Of a DNA stretch of 64,000 bases, positions 8,636-25,809 are shown one piece after another. The notes beneath the pieces were generated by a model. The model was not told the DNA's origin. It searched no databases and saw only the letters and a list, made by a program, of their open reading frames with translations. Position 1 is the stretch's first letter. Each line of letters starts with the position of its first letter. The stretch covers positions 1,024,001 through 1,088,000 of the forward strand of contig OY764159.1 of the NCBI GenBank assembly GCA_963668175.1, in the 5' to 3' direction. Both the position numbers and the translations under genes were made by a program. This stretch comes from Syntrophales bacterium. GTDB taxonomy: Bacteria; Desulfobacterota; Syntrophia; Syntrophales; PHBD01.

Positions 8636-9334
8636 ATGTCAAAGCGAGGCAAGAGTTATATCAGTGTAAAGAAGAACGTGGAGCCGGGGAAGCGTTATAC
8701 CCTCAAGGAAGCCCTTGATCTGGTCTGCGGTTCGGCCCGGGCGAAGTTCGACGAAACGGTGGACGCAGCCATCCGGTTGGGCGTCAATCCCCAGCATGCC
8801 GATCAGATGGTCAGAGGGAGCGTCGTCCTGCCCAACGGGCTCGGGAAATCCGTCCGTGTGCTTGTTTTCGCCAAGGGCGAGAAGGAAAAAGAGGCCACCG
8901 ACGCCGGCGCCGACCTTATCGGTTCCGATGAAATCGTCGAAAAGATCAAGGGCGGATGGTTCGAATTTGATCGCGTGATCGCGACGCCGGACATGATGGG
9001 TACTGTCGGGAAACTGGGAAAGGTACTGGGACCCCGGGGGCTGATGCCCAATCCGAAAGTGGGTACCGTAACGTTCGACGTCGGCAAGGCCGTGCAGGAA
9101 CTCAAGGCCGGAAAAGTGGAATTCCGCGTGGAAAAAGCAGGCATCGTCCATACGGGGATCGGGAAGGCCTCCTTCGGGGCCGACAAGCTCTTGGAGAATG
9201 TCACCGCCTTGATCGAGACGATTCTCAAACTCAAACCGGCGTCGAGCAAAGGGACGTACGTCCGCAGCATTTCGCTGTCGACCACGATGGGGCCGGGAGT
9301 CAGGGTGGATCCCCTGGATGTAAGAGGAGTCTAA
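8636..9334 (+). CDS. rplA: 50S ribosomal protein L1
   Basis: [18 protein letters not shown]. Confidence 0.97.
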   Translation: MSKRGKSYISVKKNVEPGKRYTLKEALDLVCGSARAKFDETVDAAIRLGVNPQHADQMVRGSVVLPNGLGKSVRVLVFAKGEKEKEATDAGADLIGSDEIVEKIKGGWFEFDRVIATPDMMGTVGKLGKVLGPRGLMPNPKVGTVTFDVGKAVQELKAGKVEFRVEKAGIVHTGIGKASFGADKLLENVTALIETILKLKPASSKGTYVRSISLSTTMGPGVRVDPLDVRGV

Positions 9335-9347
9335 GCGTTTATACGAA

Positions 9348-9400
9348 GTCGGAGACAGCAGGTACGGACGTTTAATCGATGACCATCGGCCTGCCGAGAC
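9348..9400 (+). promoter_or_regulatory. L10 leader (rplJ autoregulatory RNA)
   Basis: GTCGGAGACAGCAGGT...TTTAA...GCCTGCCGAGAC matches the kink-turn L10 leader layout, upstream of rplJ. Confidence 0.75.
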
Positions 9401-9535
9401 ATCAGAATATAGAACAGAGGTTTGTTGTACCGTTACTTTCTGTATGATGGGCTCGTTCTCCGGCTTTCATAAAGCCGCGAATGCCGAAATGGATGTTGGC
9501 GGCGGAAGTGAAATAAGGAGAAAGGAGGTTAAGGA

Positions 9536-10060
9536 TTGGATCGAAAAACGAAGGAGCAAGTTGCTGCAGAGCTTCACAAGAAATTGAAAACGGCTAAGCT
9601 CACCGTTCTGGCCGGATACAGCGGCATGGACGTGGAGAAGATGACAGCCTTGAGGAATTCTCTGCGGAAAACGGACACGGAGCTCAGGGTTATCAAGAAC
9701 ACCCTGTTCCGAATCGCATCCAAGGACACGTCGGTCAGTATCCTCGACAAGCACCTGAAGGGTCCGCTGGTTATGGCCCTGAATTGTGGTGATGTCGTCG
9801 AGCCCAGCAAGATCCTGGTGGAATTCGCCAAAAAGAACGCCGAACTGGAGATCAAACTGGGCGTTTTGGACGGAAAACTGCTCACCAAGGATCAGATTTC
9901 CGCGTTGGCCGAACTGCCGAGCCGTGAGGTTCTCATTGCCAAGCTGCTGTCGGTGATGGTCGGAGCACAGACGTCGCTGGTCAGCGTTCTCAATGCAGTG
10001 CCCAGGGGGCTGGTGAACGTTCTGGATGCCTATCGGAAAAAAAAGGAATCAAACCAATAA
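9536..10060 (+). CDS. rplJ: 50S ribosomal protein L10
   Basis: KNTL and LPSRE motifs; TTG start after a GGAGGT SD. Confidence 0.95.
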   Translation: MDRKTKEQVAAELHKKLKTAKLTVLAGYSGMDVEKMTALRNSLRKTDTELRVIKNTLFRIASKDTSVSILDKHLKGPLVMALNCGDVVEPSKILVEFAKKNAELEIKLGVLDGKLLTKDQISALAELPSREVLIAKLLSVMVGAQTSLVSVLNAVPRGLVNVLDAYRKKKESNQ

Positions 10061-10084
10061 TATCATACAGGAAGGATGAATAAG

Positions 10085-10468
10085 ATGGCTATCACGAAAG
10101 AAGACGTTGTCAAGTATATTGAAAGCATGACCGTTCTGGAATTATCGGAACTGGTAAAGGAATTGGAAGAGAAATTTGGTGTTTCTGCTGCCGCACCGGT
10201 AGCCGTAGCCGCAGTGGCGGCCGGCGGTCCTGCCCAGGCAGCCCCCGCCGAGGAGAAGACCGAGTTTGATGCGATCCTGACAGGGTTCGGTGAGCAGAAG
10301 ATTCAGGTTATCAAAGAAGTGCGGGCCATCACGGGTCTCGGTCTGAAGGAAGCGAAAGACCTCGTGGAGGGCGTGCCCAAACCCATCAAAGAAGGCGTTT
10401 CCAAGGACGAAGCAGCCGACATTAAAGCCAAGATCGAAAAAGCAGGTGGAACGGTAGAGATCAAATAG
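10085..10468 (+). CDS. rplL: 50S ribosomal protein L7/L12
   Basis: [25 protein letters not shown]. Confidence 0.97.
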   Translation: MAITKEDVVKYIESMTVLELSELVKELEEKFGVSAAAPVAVAAVAAGGPAQAAPAEEKTEFDAILTGFGEQKIQVIKEVRAITGLGLKEAKDLVEGVPKPIKEGVSKDEAADIKAKIEKAGGTVEIK

Positions 10469-10565
10469 ACACGCCTTCAGGTGTTTCTTAAGTGTTCCGG
10501 GGACGGCAGGGTTTTCCAAACCTTGGTCCCCCGGATAACGAACGATCCTATTTTGAAAGGATGCT

Positions 10566-13500
10566 ATGGGCGAGTTCAGAAAAAATTTCGGCCACATTAA
10601 GAAAGTCCTGGATATACCGAATTTGATTGATATCCAGGTGAAGTCCTACGAGAAATTTTTACAGACGGATGACGAACCGGAGCAGCGCAAGAATTTCGGG
10701 CTCCAGGGCGCATTCAAGAGCGTTTTCCCCATCTCGGACTTCAGCGGGAAATGCTCACTCGAGTTTGTCAGCTACAAAATCGGTAATGTCCGCTACGACG
10801 TGAAGGAGTGCATTCAAAAGGGAATGACCTTTGCCGCTCCCCTCAAGATCGTCGTAAGACTCGTTGTATTCGACGTAGACCGCAGCACCGAGCAGAAACT
10901 GATCCGGGACATCAAGGAGCAGGAGATCTATTTCGGTGAGATTCCGTTGATGACGTGCAACGGCACCTTCATTGTCAACGGAACGGAACGGGTCATCGTC
11001 AGCCAGCTCCACCGGTCCCCGGGTATCTTTTTCGACCATGATAAGGGAAAGACCCTGGCGAGCGGAAAGTTGATCTATTCCGCCCGGGTCATTCCGATCC
11101 GGGGGTCGTGGCTGGATCTGGAATTCGATTCCAAGGACCTTCTTTACGCCCGCATCGACAGAAGAAGAAAAATGCCCGTAACGATTCTCCTCAAGGCCAT
11201 GGGGAACACGACGGAATTCCTCCTGAACTATTTTTACAATATCGAGCGTATCATCCTGGAGGGGAACGACCTCTTCATCGCGGTAGATGAAGCCCTGGTG
11301 GGCGGGAAGATATCGGAAGACATCAAAGACCCCAAGAGCGGGGAGATTATCGTTAAGAAAGGCAGAAAACTTACCAAGATCAATATCAAGAAGATGACCG
11401 ACCTCAAAATCAAGAGGATTGCGGTCAATGAAGGCGAAGTCATCGGGAAAGTCCTGGCTTCGGATGTTCCGGATCCAGGTACGGGCGAGGTTCTTCTGAA
11501 ATGCAACGAAGAACTGACGTCGCAGGGGCTGGACCTCGTCAGGGAAAAAGGCATCACGGAACTCAGGTTCATTCATCTCGACGAAGACAGTGCCAACGCC
11601 TCCATCCGGGATACCTTGCTCATGGACCGCACCGAGTCTTCGGAGGATGCGATCATCGAGATTTACCGGAGACTCCGGCCGAGCAACCCGCCGACGCCGG
11701 AAACCGCGCAGAAGTTCTTCAACAGCCTCTTCTTCGAACCGGAGACGTACGATCTCTCCGACGTGGGACGGGCCAAGATGAACTATAAGCTGCACCTCGA
11801 CGTATCCACGAACATCACCGTTCTGCGCAACGAGGACATCCTGGCGGCGGTGAAATACCTGATCGACCTGAAAAACGGCGTCGGCGACCGCAGCGTGGAC
11901 GACATCGACCACCTGGGCAACCGGCGCGTCAGGTCCGTCGGCGAACTCATAGAAAATCAATACCGGATCGGCCTGGTGCGGATGGAGCGCGCCATCAAGG
12001 AGAAGATGAGCCTTCAGGACATCGAGACCATGATGCCCCACGACCTGGTCAACGCCAAGCCGGTATCGGCGGTGGTCAACGAATTTTTCGGCAGCAGCCA
12101 GCTCTCCCAGTTCATGGACCAGACGAACCCCCTGTCGGAAATCACCCACAAGCGGAGACTCTCCGCCCTGGGGCCCGGCGGTTTGACCCGTGAACGGGCC
12201 GGGTTTGAGGTCCGCGACGTTCATCCGACCCATTACGGCCGGATCTGTCCCGTCGAGACCCCGGAAGGTCCCAATATCGGGTTGATCGTATCCCTGAGCA
12301 CATATGCCCGGGTCAACGAATTCGGGTTCATCGAAACGCCCTACCGGATCGTCAAGAGCGGAAAAGTCCTCGACGACGTTTCCTACCTGACGGCCATCGA
12401 GGAGGAAGACCGGATCATCGCCCAGGCCGACAGACCCCTCGACCGGAGCGGCAAATTTACGGAAGAACTCATCTCCGCCCGAAAAGGCGGCGATTTTCTT
12501 AATGTGGAACCGGAAAACATCAACCTCATGGATGTTTCCCCCAATCAGCTGGTCAGCGTGGCCGCGGCCCTGATCCCCTTCCTGGAACATGACGACGCAA
12601 ACCGCGCCTTGATGGGATCGAACATGCAGCGCCAGGCCGTTCCCCTGATGAAGCCGGCGTCGCCTCTTGTCGGGACGGGCATGGAGCATGTCGTCGCCAG
12701 GGATTCGGGGGCCGTTGTCGTGGCGAGCCGCGACGGCGTGGTCGAAAATGTCGATGCCTCCCGGATCGTCGTCAAGAGCGACATTCGCGAGAGGGGCGAA
12801 ACCGATACGGGCGTCGATATCTACAACCTTACGAAGTACCAGCGCTCCAACCAGGATACCTGCTTCAACCAGAAGCCCATCGTCAATAAGGGGGACCGCG
12901 TCAGCAAAGGCGACATCATTGCGGACGGCCCCGCCACGGATAACGGCGAGTTGGCTTTGGGACGCAACGTCATGGTCGCCTTCATGTCCTGGGGCGGCTA
13001 CAATTACGAGGATTCGATCCTCGTCAGCGAGCGCGTGGTCAAAGAAGATATTTACACGTCGATTCACATCGAGGAATTCGAGACCATGGCCCGGGATACC
13101 AAGCTGGGCAAGGAAGAGATCACCCGGGACATCCCTAACGTAGGCGAGGAGGCTCTGAGAAACCTCGACGAAAGTGGCATCGTCCGGATGGGCGTCTTTG
13201 TGAAGCCGGGGGACATCCTGGTGGGCAAGATCACGCCGAAGGGCGAAACCCAGCTCTCTCCGGAAGAAAAACTCCTGCGGGCGATCTTCGGCGAAAAGGC
13301 GAGCGACGTCCGCGACACATCCTTGCGGGTTCCTCCCGGCGTGGAAGGGACCGTCATCGACGCCAAGATATTTACGCGGAAAGGCGCCGAGCGGGACAGC
13401 CGCTCCCAGTCCATCGAAGACGAAGCGATGAGACTCCTGGAGAAGGACCGGGACGACGAGATCCGGATCATCGAGGACGGCGTGAAGAGCCAGATCTACA

Positions 13501-14660
13501 ATATGCTGATCGGGAAGGTCAGCGATGCGAAGATCATGGACCCGAAAAAGAAGAAAATCCTCCTCAAGAAAGGCGAAACCATTACGGACGAATTCCTGAG
13601 CAAGGCGCCTTTCAGTCTGTGGAAAGAGATATCGCTGGCCAACGACGAGGATACGGAAAAGAGCATCAACGTTCTTTTTGAAAATTTCTCCCGGAAAGTG
13701 GAATTCGTCGAGGCCTTCTTCGAGGAGAAGATCGAAAAGCTGAAGGCCGGCGACGAACTGCCGCCCGGCGTCATCAAACTGGTCAAGGTGTATATCGCCA
13801 TCAAGCGCAAGCTCTCCGTCGGCGACAAGATGGCGGGCCGCCACGGCAATAAGGGCGTTCTGTCGAGAATCCTCCCCGAGGAAGACATGCCCTATTTCCG
13901 CGACGGTACGCCTGTGGACATCATCCTGAACCCGCTCGGGGTCCCCTCGCGCATGAACGTGGGGCAGATCCTCGAAACCCATCTGGGCTGGGCCGCCAAG
14001 GGTTTGGGAGAGAAGATCAACCAGATGCTGGATAAGACCACCCAGATAGCCCAGGTCAAAACGGAGTTGAAAAAACTCTATGGGTCGTCGGCTGAATTTG
14101 AGAACTTCGTGGACGGTGCGAGCGAAGACGAGATCAAACGGTTCATCCAGCGGTTGAAAAAAGGCATACCGATGGCCACGCCGGTCTTTGACGGCGCGGA
14201 AGAGAGCGAGATCCGGGATATGCTCAAGAAAGCCGACCTGCCCGAGAGGGGGCAGAGCATTCTTTTCGACGGCCGGACGGGAGAGCCCTTCGAACAGGAA
14301 GTCACCGTCGGCATGATTTACATGCTCAAGCTGCACCACCTGGTCGACAACAAGATCCATGCCCGGTCCATCGGGCCGTATTCCCTCGTTACCCAGCAAC
14401 CGCTGGGCGGCAAGGCCCAATTCGGCGGCCAGAGACTGGGCGAAATGGAAGTCTGGGCGATGGAAGCCTATGGCGCCGCCTATTCGCTCCAGGAATTTCT
14501 CACGGTCAAATCCGACGACGTGGCGGGCAGAACGAGAATTTACGAAGCGATCGTCAAAGGCGAACACACGCTCGAACCAGGGTTGCCGGAATCTTTCAAC
14601 GTACTCGTCAAAGAACTGCAAAGTCTTTGCCTGGATGTGGAATTGATAGAAGAAGAGTAA
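10566..14660 (+). CDS. rpoB: RNA polymerase subunit beta
   Basis: [39 protein letters not shown]. Confidence 0.99.
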   Translation: MGEFRKNFGHIKKVLDIPNLIDIQVKSYEKFLQTDDEPEQRKNFGLQGAFKSVFPISDFSGKCSLEFVSYKIGNVRYDVKECIQKGMTFAAPLKIVVRLVVFDVDRSTEQKLIRDIKEQEIYFGEIPLMTCNGTFIVNGTERVIVSQLHRSPGIFFDHDKGKTLASGKLIYSARVIPIRGSWLDLEFDSKDLLYARIDRRRKMPVTILLKAMGNTTEFLLNYFYNIERIILEGNDLFIAVDEALVGGKISEDIKDPKSGEIIVKKGRKLTKINIKKMTDLKIKRIAVNEGEVIGKVLASDVPDPGTGEVLLKCNEELTSQGLDLVREKGITELRFIHLDEDSANASIRDTLLMDRTESSEDAIIEIYRRLRPSNPPTPETAQKFFNSLFFEPETYDLSDVGRAKMNYKLHLDVSTNITVLRNEDILAAVKYLIDLKNGVGDRSVDDIDHLGNRRVRSVGELIENQYRIGLVRMERAIKEKMSLQDIETMMPHDLVNAKPVSAVVNEFFGSSQLSQFMDQTNPLSEITHKRRLSALGPGGLTRERAGFEVRDVHPTHYGRICPVETPEGPNIGLIVSLSTYARVNEFGFIETPYRIVKSGKVLDDVSYLTAIEEEDRIIAQADRPLDRSGKFTEELISARKGGDFLNVEPENINLMDVSPNQLVSVAAALIPFLEHDDANRALMGSNMQRQAVPLMKPASPLVGTGMEHVVARDSGAVVVASRDGVVENVDASRIVVKSDIRERGETDTGVDIYNLTKYQRSNQDTCFNQKPIVNKGDRVSKGDIIADGPATDNGELALGRNVMVAFMSWGGYNYEDSILVSERVVKEDIYTSIHIEEFETMARDTKLGKEEITRDIPNVGEEALRNLDESGIVRMGVFVKPGDILVGKITPKGETQLSPEEKLLRAIFGEKASDVRDTSLRVPPGVEGTVIDAKIFTRKGAERDSRSQSIEDEAMRLLEKDRDDEIRIIEDGVKSQIYNMLIGKVSDAKIMDPKKKKILLKKGETITDEFLSKAPFSLWKEISLANDEDTEKSINVLFENFSRKVEFVEAFFEEKIEKLKAGDELPPGVIKLVKVYIAIKRKLSVGDKMAGRHGNKGVLSRILPEEDMPYFRDGTPVDIILNPLGVPSRMNVGQILETHLGWAAKGLGEKINQMLDKTTQIAQVKTELKKLYGSSAEFENFVDGASEDEIKRFIQRLKKGIPMATPVFDGAEESEIRDMLKKADLPERGQSILFDGRTGEPFEQEVTVGMIYMLKLHHLVDNKIHARSIGPYSLVTQQPLGGKAQFGGQRLGEMEVWAMEAYGAAYSLQEFLTVKSDDVAGRTRIYEAIVKGEHTLEPGLPESFNVLVKELQSLCLDVELIEEE

Positions 14661-14738
14661 ACAATAGGTACGGGGTGCGCGGGTCCGGTTGAATAACGGG
14701 CCGGCGCACGGGGCTTAATTCCAAAGGAGAGATAAGCC

Positions 14739-18896
<4,158 letters not shown>

Positions 18897-18972
18897 TATC
18901 TACGCCATCTTTTGCAGCGTCAGTTATCCTTATTTAGCGTAAAGGGCAGGGACACAGGTTTCAGGAGGAAAG

Positions 18973-19829
<857 letters not shown>

Positions 19830-19927
19830 ATAATCGTGGCGACGATTGAGCCACCCAAGAAAGCGAAACTTAACGACAAAGGGCAAGAGAATACAGAACC
19901 ATTCAAAGCTGAAGGAGGTATGTTGCA

Positions 19928-21121
19928 ATGGCAAAGAAAAAATTTGAGAGGACGAAGCCGCATCTGAATGTAGGTACCATTGGGCACGTGGATCATGGCA
20001 AGACCACGCTAACTGCTGCGATTACGAAGCACTTGGCTAAGAAGGGTATGGCCGAGTTCCGGCCCTTTGATTCGATCGACAATGCTCCCGAAGAAAAAGA
20101 GAGAGGCGTTACGATCAATATTTCCCACGTGGAGTATGAAACGGACAAAAGACATTATGCCCATGTCGACTGCCCTGGTCACGCGGACTACATCAAGAAC
20201 ATGATTTCCGGAGCGGCGCATATGGATGGTACTATCCTCGTGGTTGCAGCCTCCGATGGTCCGATGCCCCAGACAAGAGAACATATCCTCCTTGCCAGAC
20301 AAGTCCAAGTCCCTTACATCGTCGTATATATGAATAAGGTCGACCTCGTCGACGACCCCGAACTCCTCGATCTCGTAGAGCTGGAATTGAGAGAGCTCCT
20401 TACCGAATACGATTTCCCCGGTGACGAAATTCCCATCATCCGGGGTTCTGCGCTGAAGGCGCTGGAGACGGACGATTCAAGTTCCGAAGATGCCAAATCG
20501 ATCTGGGAGCTCATGGCGGCCGTCGATAACTATATTCCGGAACCTCCCCGCGACCTCGACAAGCCTTTCCTTATGCCGATCGGTGACGTCTTCTCGATCT
20601 CCGGACGCGGAACAGTCGTTACGGGCCGTGTTGACCGCGGTATCGTGAGGACCGGTGAAGAAGTCGAGATCGTCGGCATCCGGCCGACCTTCAAGACCGT
20701 CTGCACGGGTGTTGAAATGTTCAGGAAGACCCTCGACGAAGGGCGCGCCGGCGACGATATCGGTGTCCTCCTTCGCGGTACGAAGCGTGAGGAAGTCGAA
20801 AGGGGGCAGGTTGTCGCCAAGCCGGGTTCCATCACCCCCCATACCAAATTCCAGGCCGCTGTCTACGTTCTGACCAAGGAGGAAGGCGGCCGGCATACGC
20901 CGTTCTTCAACGGCTATCGTCCCCAGTTCTATTTCCGGACAACCGACGTGACCGGTGTTGCAACCCTGCCGGAAGGCGTAGAAATGGTTATGCCCGGTGA
21001 TAATGTCAACCTGGAAATTCAGCTGATTACCCCGATCGCCATGGAAGAGCAGCTGCGGTTCGCTATTCGCGAAGGCGGTCGCACGGTCGGTGCCGGCGTC
21101 GTCAGCAAGATTCTGGAATAG
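19928..21121 (+). CDS. tuf: Elongation factor Tu (divergent at several conserved positions)
   Basis: [30 protein letters not shown]. Confidence 0.98.
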   Translation: MAKKKFERTKPHLNVGTIGHVDHGKTTLTAAITKHLAKKGMAEFRPFDSIDNAPEEKERGVTINISHVEYETDKRHYAHVDCPGHADYIKNMISGAAHMDGTILVVAASDGPMPQTREHILLARQVQVPYIVVYMNKVDLVDDPELLDLVELELRELLTEYDFPGDEIPIIRGSALKALETDDSSSEDAKSIWELMAAVDNYIPEPPRDLDKPFLMPIGDVFSISGRGTVVTGRVDRGIVRTGEEVEIVGIRPTFKTVCTGVEMFRKTLDEGRAGDDIGVLLRGTKREEVERGQVVAKPGSITPHTKFQAAVYVLTKEEGGRHTPFFNGYRPQFYFRTTDVTGVATLPEGVEMVMPGDNVNLEIQLITPIAMEEQLRFAIREGGRTVGAGVVSKILE

Positions 21122-21246
21122 CGAAAGCATAAGAAAACGTGCCTGCCGGGAGTGTTCCGGATGCGGTTCATCCGGACGGTTAACACCGGCAGGAATCATT
21201 TAACGCGGACGGGTTTTAACGTCCCCTATTTTGAGTTGATAGATCC

Positions 21247-21555
21247 ATGAAAGACCAGAAGATTAGAATTCGCCTTAAAGCCTACGATTACAAGCTGCTG
21301 GATCGTTCGGTGGAAGACATCGTCGATACGGCCAAGAGAACCGGAGCCAGGGTAGCCGGCCCCATTCCTTTGCCGACGGGTATCAACAAGTACTGCGTCA
21401 ACCGGTCTCCGCACGTGGATAAGAAATCGCGGGAGCAGTTCGAGATCAGAACGCACAAGCGGCTGGTCGATATTATCGAACCCACCCAGGCGACGGTCGA
21501 TGCTTTGATGAAGCTGGATCTTTCAGCCGGTGTGGACGTCGAGATAAAGCTATAG
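21247..21555 (+). CDS. rpsJ: 30S ribosomal protein S10
   Basis: [23 protein letters not shown]. Confidence 0.98.
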   Translation: MKDQKIRIRLKAYDYKLLDRSVEDIVDTAKRTGARVAGPIPLPTGINKYCVNRSPHVDKKSREQFEIRTHKRLVDIIEPTQATVDALMKLDLSAGVDVEIKL

Positions 21556-21632
21556 TCTCTGGGCGAGAATAGGAGATGGATGCCCCATGAACATTCATCT
21601 CCTCATATTTTATTCATGAAGATTGTGACGAG

Positions 21633-22262
21633 ATGGAAACAGGACTGATAGGAAAGAAACTGGGGATGACCCAGGTATACATGGACGACGGCTTGGCCGT
21701 TCCGGTGACCGTCCTGGAAGTGGAGCCTTCCGTCGTTATTCAGCGGAAAACGAAGAAGGCGGACGGCTACAACGCCCTGCAACTGGGCTACGGCCGGGTG
21801 AAGCAGAAGAGCGTCAGCAAAGCGCGTCAGGGCCATTTAGCCAAAGCCGAAAAAGGTTTCTTCAGAACGCTGAGAGAAATCAAGTCCGACGAGGCCTGCG
21901 ATCCCGGATACGAGTTCAAGGTCGATATGTTCCAGAACGGCGATTTCGTCGATATCATCGGAACGACCAAGGGGAAGGGCTTTGCGGGCGGCGTGAAGCG
22001 GCACGGCTTCGGGGGCGGACGGGCGACGCACGGGTCCATGTTCCATCGTGCTCCCGGTTCCATCGGAGCGAGCGCAGATCCGTCCAGGGTCCTCAAGGGT
22101 AAGAAGCTGCCGGGACACATGGGAGACGAGAGGAAGACCGTTCAGAACATGATGGTCGTCGCCGTCCGGAGCGAAAGGAATCTGCTCCTGGTCAAGGGGG
22201 CTGTCCCGGGGAGCAAGAACAGTATAGTCGTCATAAAAAAATCGAAAAAGAAAAACGGATAA
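21633..22262 (+). CDS. rplC: 50S ribosomal protein L3
   Basis: GKKLGMTQ, KGKGFAGGVKRHGF. Confidence 0.97.
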   Translation: METGLIGKKLGMTQVYMDDGLAVPVTVLEVEPSVVIQRKTKKADGYNALQLGYGRVKQKSVSKARQGHLAKAEKGFFRTLREIKSDEACDPGYEFKVDMFQNGDFVDIIGTTKGKGFAGGVKRHGFGGGRATHGSMFHRAPGSIGASADPSRVLKGKKLPGHMGDERKTVQNMMVVAVRSERNLLLVKGAVPGSKNSIVVIKKSKKKNG

Positions 22263-22284
22263 TCATATTCCGGGAGTGTAGAAA

Positions 22285-22905
22285 ATGCCCGTTTTGCCCG
22301 TATACGATATCGAAAAGAATAAAGTTTCCGACATTGAACTGAACGATGCGGTCTTCGGCACGGAAGTCAATGAAGCGGTCATATACGAAGTCGTCAGAAT
22401 GCAGATGGCGTCGAGAAGGCGCGGTACGGCGGCCGTAAAGGGAAGAAGCCAGGTCAGCGGCGGAGGAAAGAAACCCTGGAGACAAAAAGGTACAGGCAGA
22501 GCACGGGCGGGCACGACGCGATCGCCTCTCTGGAGAAGCGGCGGTATTGTTTTCGGTCCGACTCCGAGGGATTACAGCTACAAGGTGCCCCGGAAAGTAC
22601 GGAGGGCCGCGTTGGTATCGGCCCTCAGCATGAAGTACCGGGAAGAGAAAATGCTGATCCTCAAAGACTTCCCCATGGACGAAATCAAAACCAAAAAATT
22701 CAAGGCGGTGGTTGACCGTTTCGGGCTGACAAAAGCGCTGTTCGTGATTCCCGAATCGATCCCCGTTCTGGAAAAGTCATCGCGGAACATCCCGGATGTA
22801 AAAATGATTAGATCAGAGGGTATCAATGTGTACGACCTGCTCAAATACGACCATGTCGTTCTGCTGGAGCCTTCTGTCAAGATGATCGAAGGGGCCTTGT
22901 TGTAG
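22285..22905 (+). CDS. rplD: 50S ribosomal protein L4
   Basis: KPWRQKGTGRARAG. Confidence 0.97.
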   Translation: MPVLPVYDIEKNKVSDIELNDAVFGTEVNEAVIYEVVRMQMASRRRGTAAVKGRSQVSGGGKKPWRQKGTGRARAGTTRSPLWRSGGIVFGPTPRDYSYKVPRKVRRAALVSALSMKYREEKMLILKDFPMDEIKTKKFKAVVDRFGLTKALFVIPESIPVLEKSSRNIPDVKMIRSEGINVYDLLKYDHVVLLEPSVKMIEGALL

Positions 22906-22907
22906 CC

Positions 22908-23195
22908 ATGGAAATCCATCAAATTGTCAAGAGAGCGATCATTACCGAAAAGAGCACGATTCTCAAGGATGCTGCGAATCAGTATATCTTTGAAGTCGAT
23001 GCCCGTGCGAATCGCATTGAGGTCGGCCAGGCCATTGAGAAGCTTTTTAAAGTGAACGTCCTCGATGTCCGGATGATGAATGTTCTGGGAAAGAAGAAAA
23101 GAATGGGCCGGGTGATCGGTCAGAAGCGTTCATGGAAGAAAGCCGTCGTGACCCTGGCTCCCGGAAATCGGATCGAGGTTCATGAAGGGGTATAA
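22908..23195 (+). CDS. rplW: 50S ribosomal protein L23
   Basis: [13 protein letters not shown]. Confidence 0.96.
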   Translation: MEIHQIVKRAIITEKSTILKDAANQYIFEVDARANRIEVGQAIEKLFKVNVLDVRMMNVLGKKKRMGRVIGQKRSWKKAVVTLAPGNRIEVHEGV

Positions 23196-23215
23196 GGGAA
23201 AAGGAACCAGAGGAA

Positions 23216-24037
23216 ATGGGAATTAAAAAATACAAGCCAACATCGCCGGGAAGAAGATTTCAGACGTGTGCCGACTTTGAGGAGATCACGTCGAGCGAGC
23301 CTGTCAAGAGTCTGACTCGTCCGATAAGAAGGACGGGAGGACGCAATAACAACGGCCGCGTTACGAGCCGCCATATGGGTGGCGGGCACAAGAGGAAATT
23401 CAGGCTGATCGATTTCAGGCGCGACAAATCGGATATCCCCGCCAAGGTAGCCACCATCGAGTATGATCCCAACCGATCTTCCAGGATCGCCCTTCTTCAC
23501 TATGCCGACGGTGAAAAACGGTATATCGTTGCACCGGACAAACTGAACGTCGGCGAAATGATCGTCAGCAGCGACAAGGCCGATATCAAAACGGGCAATA
23601 CCATGCCCCTGAAGAGCATTCCCCTGGGTACCCTGATTCATAACCTGGAACTCAAGGTGGGCCGCGGGGCGCAGATGATCAGATCGGCGGGAACGTATGG
23701 GCAGCTGATGGCCAAGGAAGGCAGTTACGCCCAGGTGCGCCTGCCGTCGGGTGAGGTCCGCAAGATCTTTATGGAGTGCCGGGCCACGATTGGACAGGTC
23801 GGCAATCTCGAGCACGAGAATCTGAGCATCGGCAAGGCGGGTCGGACAAGATGGCTGGGCAAGCGTCCCCATGTCCGGGGCGTGGCGATGAACCCGATCG
23901 ACCATCCGATGGGCGGAGGCGAAGGAAAATCTTCCGGCGGGCGCCATCCCTGTACGCCGTGGGGTGTTCCGACCAAGGGCCACAAGACAAGATCGAACAA
24001 ACGTACGGATAAATATATCATCAAGAGAAGGGGTTAA
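23216..24037 (+). CDS. rplB: 50S ribosomal protein L2
   Basis: [24 protein letters not shown]. Confidence 0.98.
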   Translation: MGIKKYKPTSPGRRFQTCADFEEITSSEPVKSLTRPIRRTGGRNNNGRVTSRHMGGGHKRKFRLIDFRRDKSDIPAKVATIEYDPNRSSRIALLHYADGEKRYIVAPDKLNVGEMIVSSDKADIKTGNTMPLKSIPLGTLIHNLELKVGRGAQMIRSAGTYGQLMAKEGSYAQVRLPSGEVRKIFMECRATIGQVGNLEHENLSIGKAGRTRWLGKRPHVRGVAMNPIDHPMGGGEGKSSGGRHPCTPWGVPTKGHKTRSNKRTDKYIIKRRG

Positions 24038-24040
24038 GCG

Positions 24041-24322
24041 GTGGCGCGTTCAATCAAGAAAGGTGCGTATATCGAGGAGAGATTACTGGAGAAGGTGAGA
24101 CAGGCCGAAGCGACGGGGAGCAAGGCCGTGATAAAGACGTGGTCCCGCCGCTCCACCATTACACCCGAATTGATCGGACAGACTTTTGCCGTTCATAACG
24201 GAAAGAAATTCATCCCGGTGTTCGTTACGGAAAACATGGTAGGACATAAGCTTGGCGAGTTTGCCCCGACGCGAACGTTCTTCAGCCATGCCGGCGACCG
24301 TAAGTCCAAGGTTAAGAAATAA
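24041..24322 (+). CDS. rpsS: 30S ribosomal protein S19
   Basis: [23 protein letters not shown] start. Confidence 0.97.
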   Translation: MARSIKKGAYIEERLLEKVRQAEATGSKAVIKTWSRRSTITPELIGQTFAVHNGKKFIPVFVTENMVGHKLGEFAPTRTFFSHAGDRKSKVKK

Positions 24323-24364
24323 ACGAAGTAAGTCCGAGAGAGGATGTCTGGAGTCAATAAGAGT

Positions 24365-24697
24365 ATGGAAGCAAGAGCTATTGCAAAGTATGTTCGCATG
24401 TCGCCTCAGAAAGTCCGTCTGGTGGTGGACCTGATCCGGGGAAAGAAGGTCGACGAGGCCAAGAAAGTCCTGATGTTCACCAGGAAGAGCGCTGCGGGCG
24501 CGGTGGACCGGGTCCTGAAATCGGCCATAGCCAATGCGAAGCAGAATCCGAACATGGATGAGAATATCCTCTTCGTGAAGGAAGTGTTCGTCGATCAGGG
24601 GCCGTCGCTGAAGCGTTGGAGGGCAAGGGCGCAGGGAAGAGCGGCTTCGATCAAGAAAAGAATGAGCCATATAACGGTTGTTTTGGCCGAACAATAA
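24365..24697 (+). CDS. rplV: 50S ribosomal protein L22
   Basis: [20 protein letters not shown]. Alternative start at 24344. Confidence 0.96.
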   Translation: MEARAIAKYVRMSPQKVRLVVDLIRGKKVDEAKKVLMFTRKSAAGAVDRVLKSAIANAKQNPNMDENILFVKEVFVDQGPSLKRWRARAQGRAASIKKRMSHITVVLAEQ

Positions 24698-24719
24698 TCG
24701 GCTTTAAGGAGGTGGAAGT

Positions 24720-25367
24720 TTGGGTCAGAAGGTTAATCCGATCGGGTTCAGGCTGGGCGGTATCAAGACGTGGCGGTCACAGTGGTACGCTGACAAGAAC
24801 TACAGCGATCTCATCCACGAAGATATCAAGATCAGGAAATATCTGAAGAAGAAGCTTTATCACGCCGGGATATCGAAAATCGACGTTGAGAGGGCTGCCC
24901 AGAAGGCCAAAGTCAATATTCACGCTGCTCGGCCGGGAATCATCATCGGCAAAAAGGGATCGGAGATAGAGAAGTTAAAGAAAGACCTGGAACAGATCAC
25001 CTCAAGCGAGGTTATTGTCAATATTCTGGAAGTTCGCAAACCCGAAGTTGACGCCCAGCTGGTTGCCGAAAACGTCGCCCTGCAGTTGGAACGGCGCGTC
25101 GCTTTCCGGCGGGCCATGAAGAAATGCGTGCTGTCCGCTCTTAAATTCGGTGCCAAGGGAATCAGGGTCAACTGCGCAGGCCGTCTCGGCGGCGCGGAAA
25201 TGGCGCGTTCCGAGTGGTACAGGGAGGGGCGGGTGCCGCTCCACACGATCCGGGCCGACATCGATTTCGGATTTGCCGAAGCCCATACGGCTTACGGACT
25301 GATCGGGGTCAAGGTCCTGGTCTTCCACGGCGAGATCCTGCCCGACAAGAAAGAGGTTGAGCGATAA
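24720..25367 (+). CDS. rpsC: 30S ribosomal protein S3
   Basis: [22 protein letters not shown] start. Confidence 0.97.
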   Translation: MGQKVNPIGFRLGGIKTWRSQWYADKNYSDLIHEDIKIRKYLKKKLYHAGISKIDVERAAQKAKVNIHAARPGIIIGKKGSEIEKLKKDLEQITSSEVIVNILEVRKPEVDAQLVAENVALQLERRVAFRRAMKKCVLSALKFGAKGIRVNCAGRLGGAEMARSEWYREGRVPLHTIRADIDFGFAEAHTAYGLIGVKVLVFHGEILPDKKEVER

Positions 25368-25386
25368 GAAGAGGGGTACCTGAACA

Positions 25387-25809
25387 ATGTTGATGCCGAA
25401 AAGGGTGAAATACAGAAAGCTGCAGCGGGGACGGATGGGAGGCAAAGCCATCCGCGGTTCCAGCGTAACTTTCGGAGAATATGGTCTGCAGGCGGCCGAA
25501 TGCGGTTGGATTACGGCAAGACAGATCGAGGCGGCTCGTATCGCCATGACCCGTCACGTCAAGCGCGGCGGCAAGATCTGGATCCGGGTTTTCCCGCAAA
25601 AATCGATTACCAAGAAGCCCGCCGAAACACGCATGGGAAAGGGAAAGGGAGCCCCCGAGGAATGGGTGGCCGTCGTGAAACCCGGCATGGTCATGTATGA
25701 AATGGAGGGTGTTTCCAAGGACGTAGCCAAAGAAGCCTTTCGCCTTGCGGCCCACAAGCTTCCCATCGCCACCAAGTTCTTAGCGCGGGAGGTTGCAGAT
25801 GAAAATTAA
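25387..25809 (+). CDS. rplP: 50S ribosomal protein L16
   Basis: [18 protein letters not shown]. Confidence 0.97.
   Translation: MLMPKRVKYRKLQRGRMGGKAIRGSSVTFGEYGLQAAECGWITARQIEAARIAMTRHVKRGGKIWIRVFPQKSITKKPAETRMGKGKGAPEEWVAVVKPGMVMYEMEGVSKDVAKEAFRLAAHKLPIATKFLAREVADEN

Noticed and set aside
19830..19927. Possible fusA pseudogene remnant
   Set aside because: No EF-G-like sequence recognisable in the 98-bp spacer.
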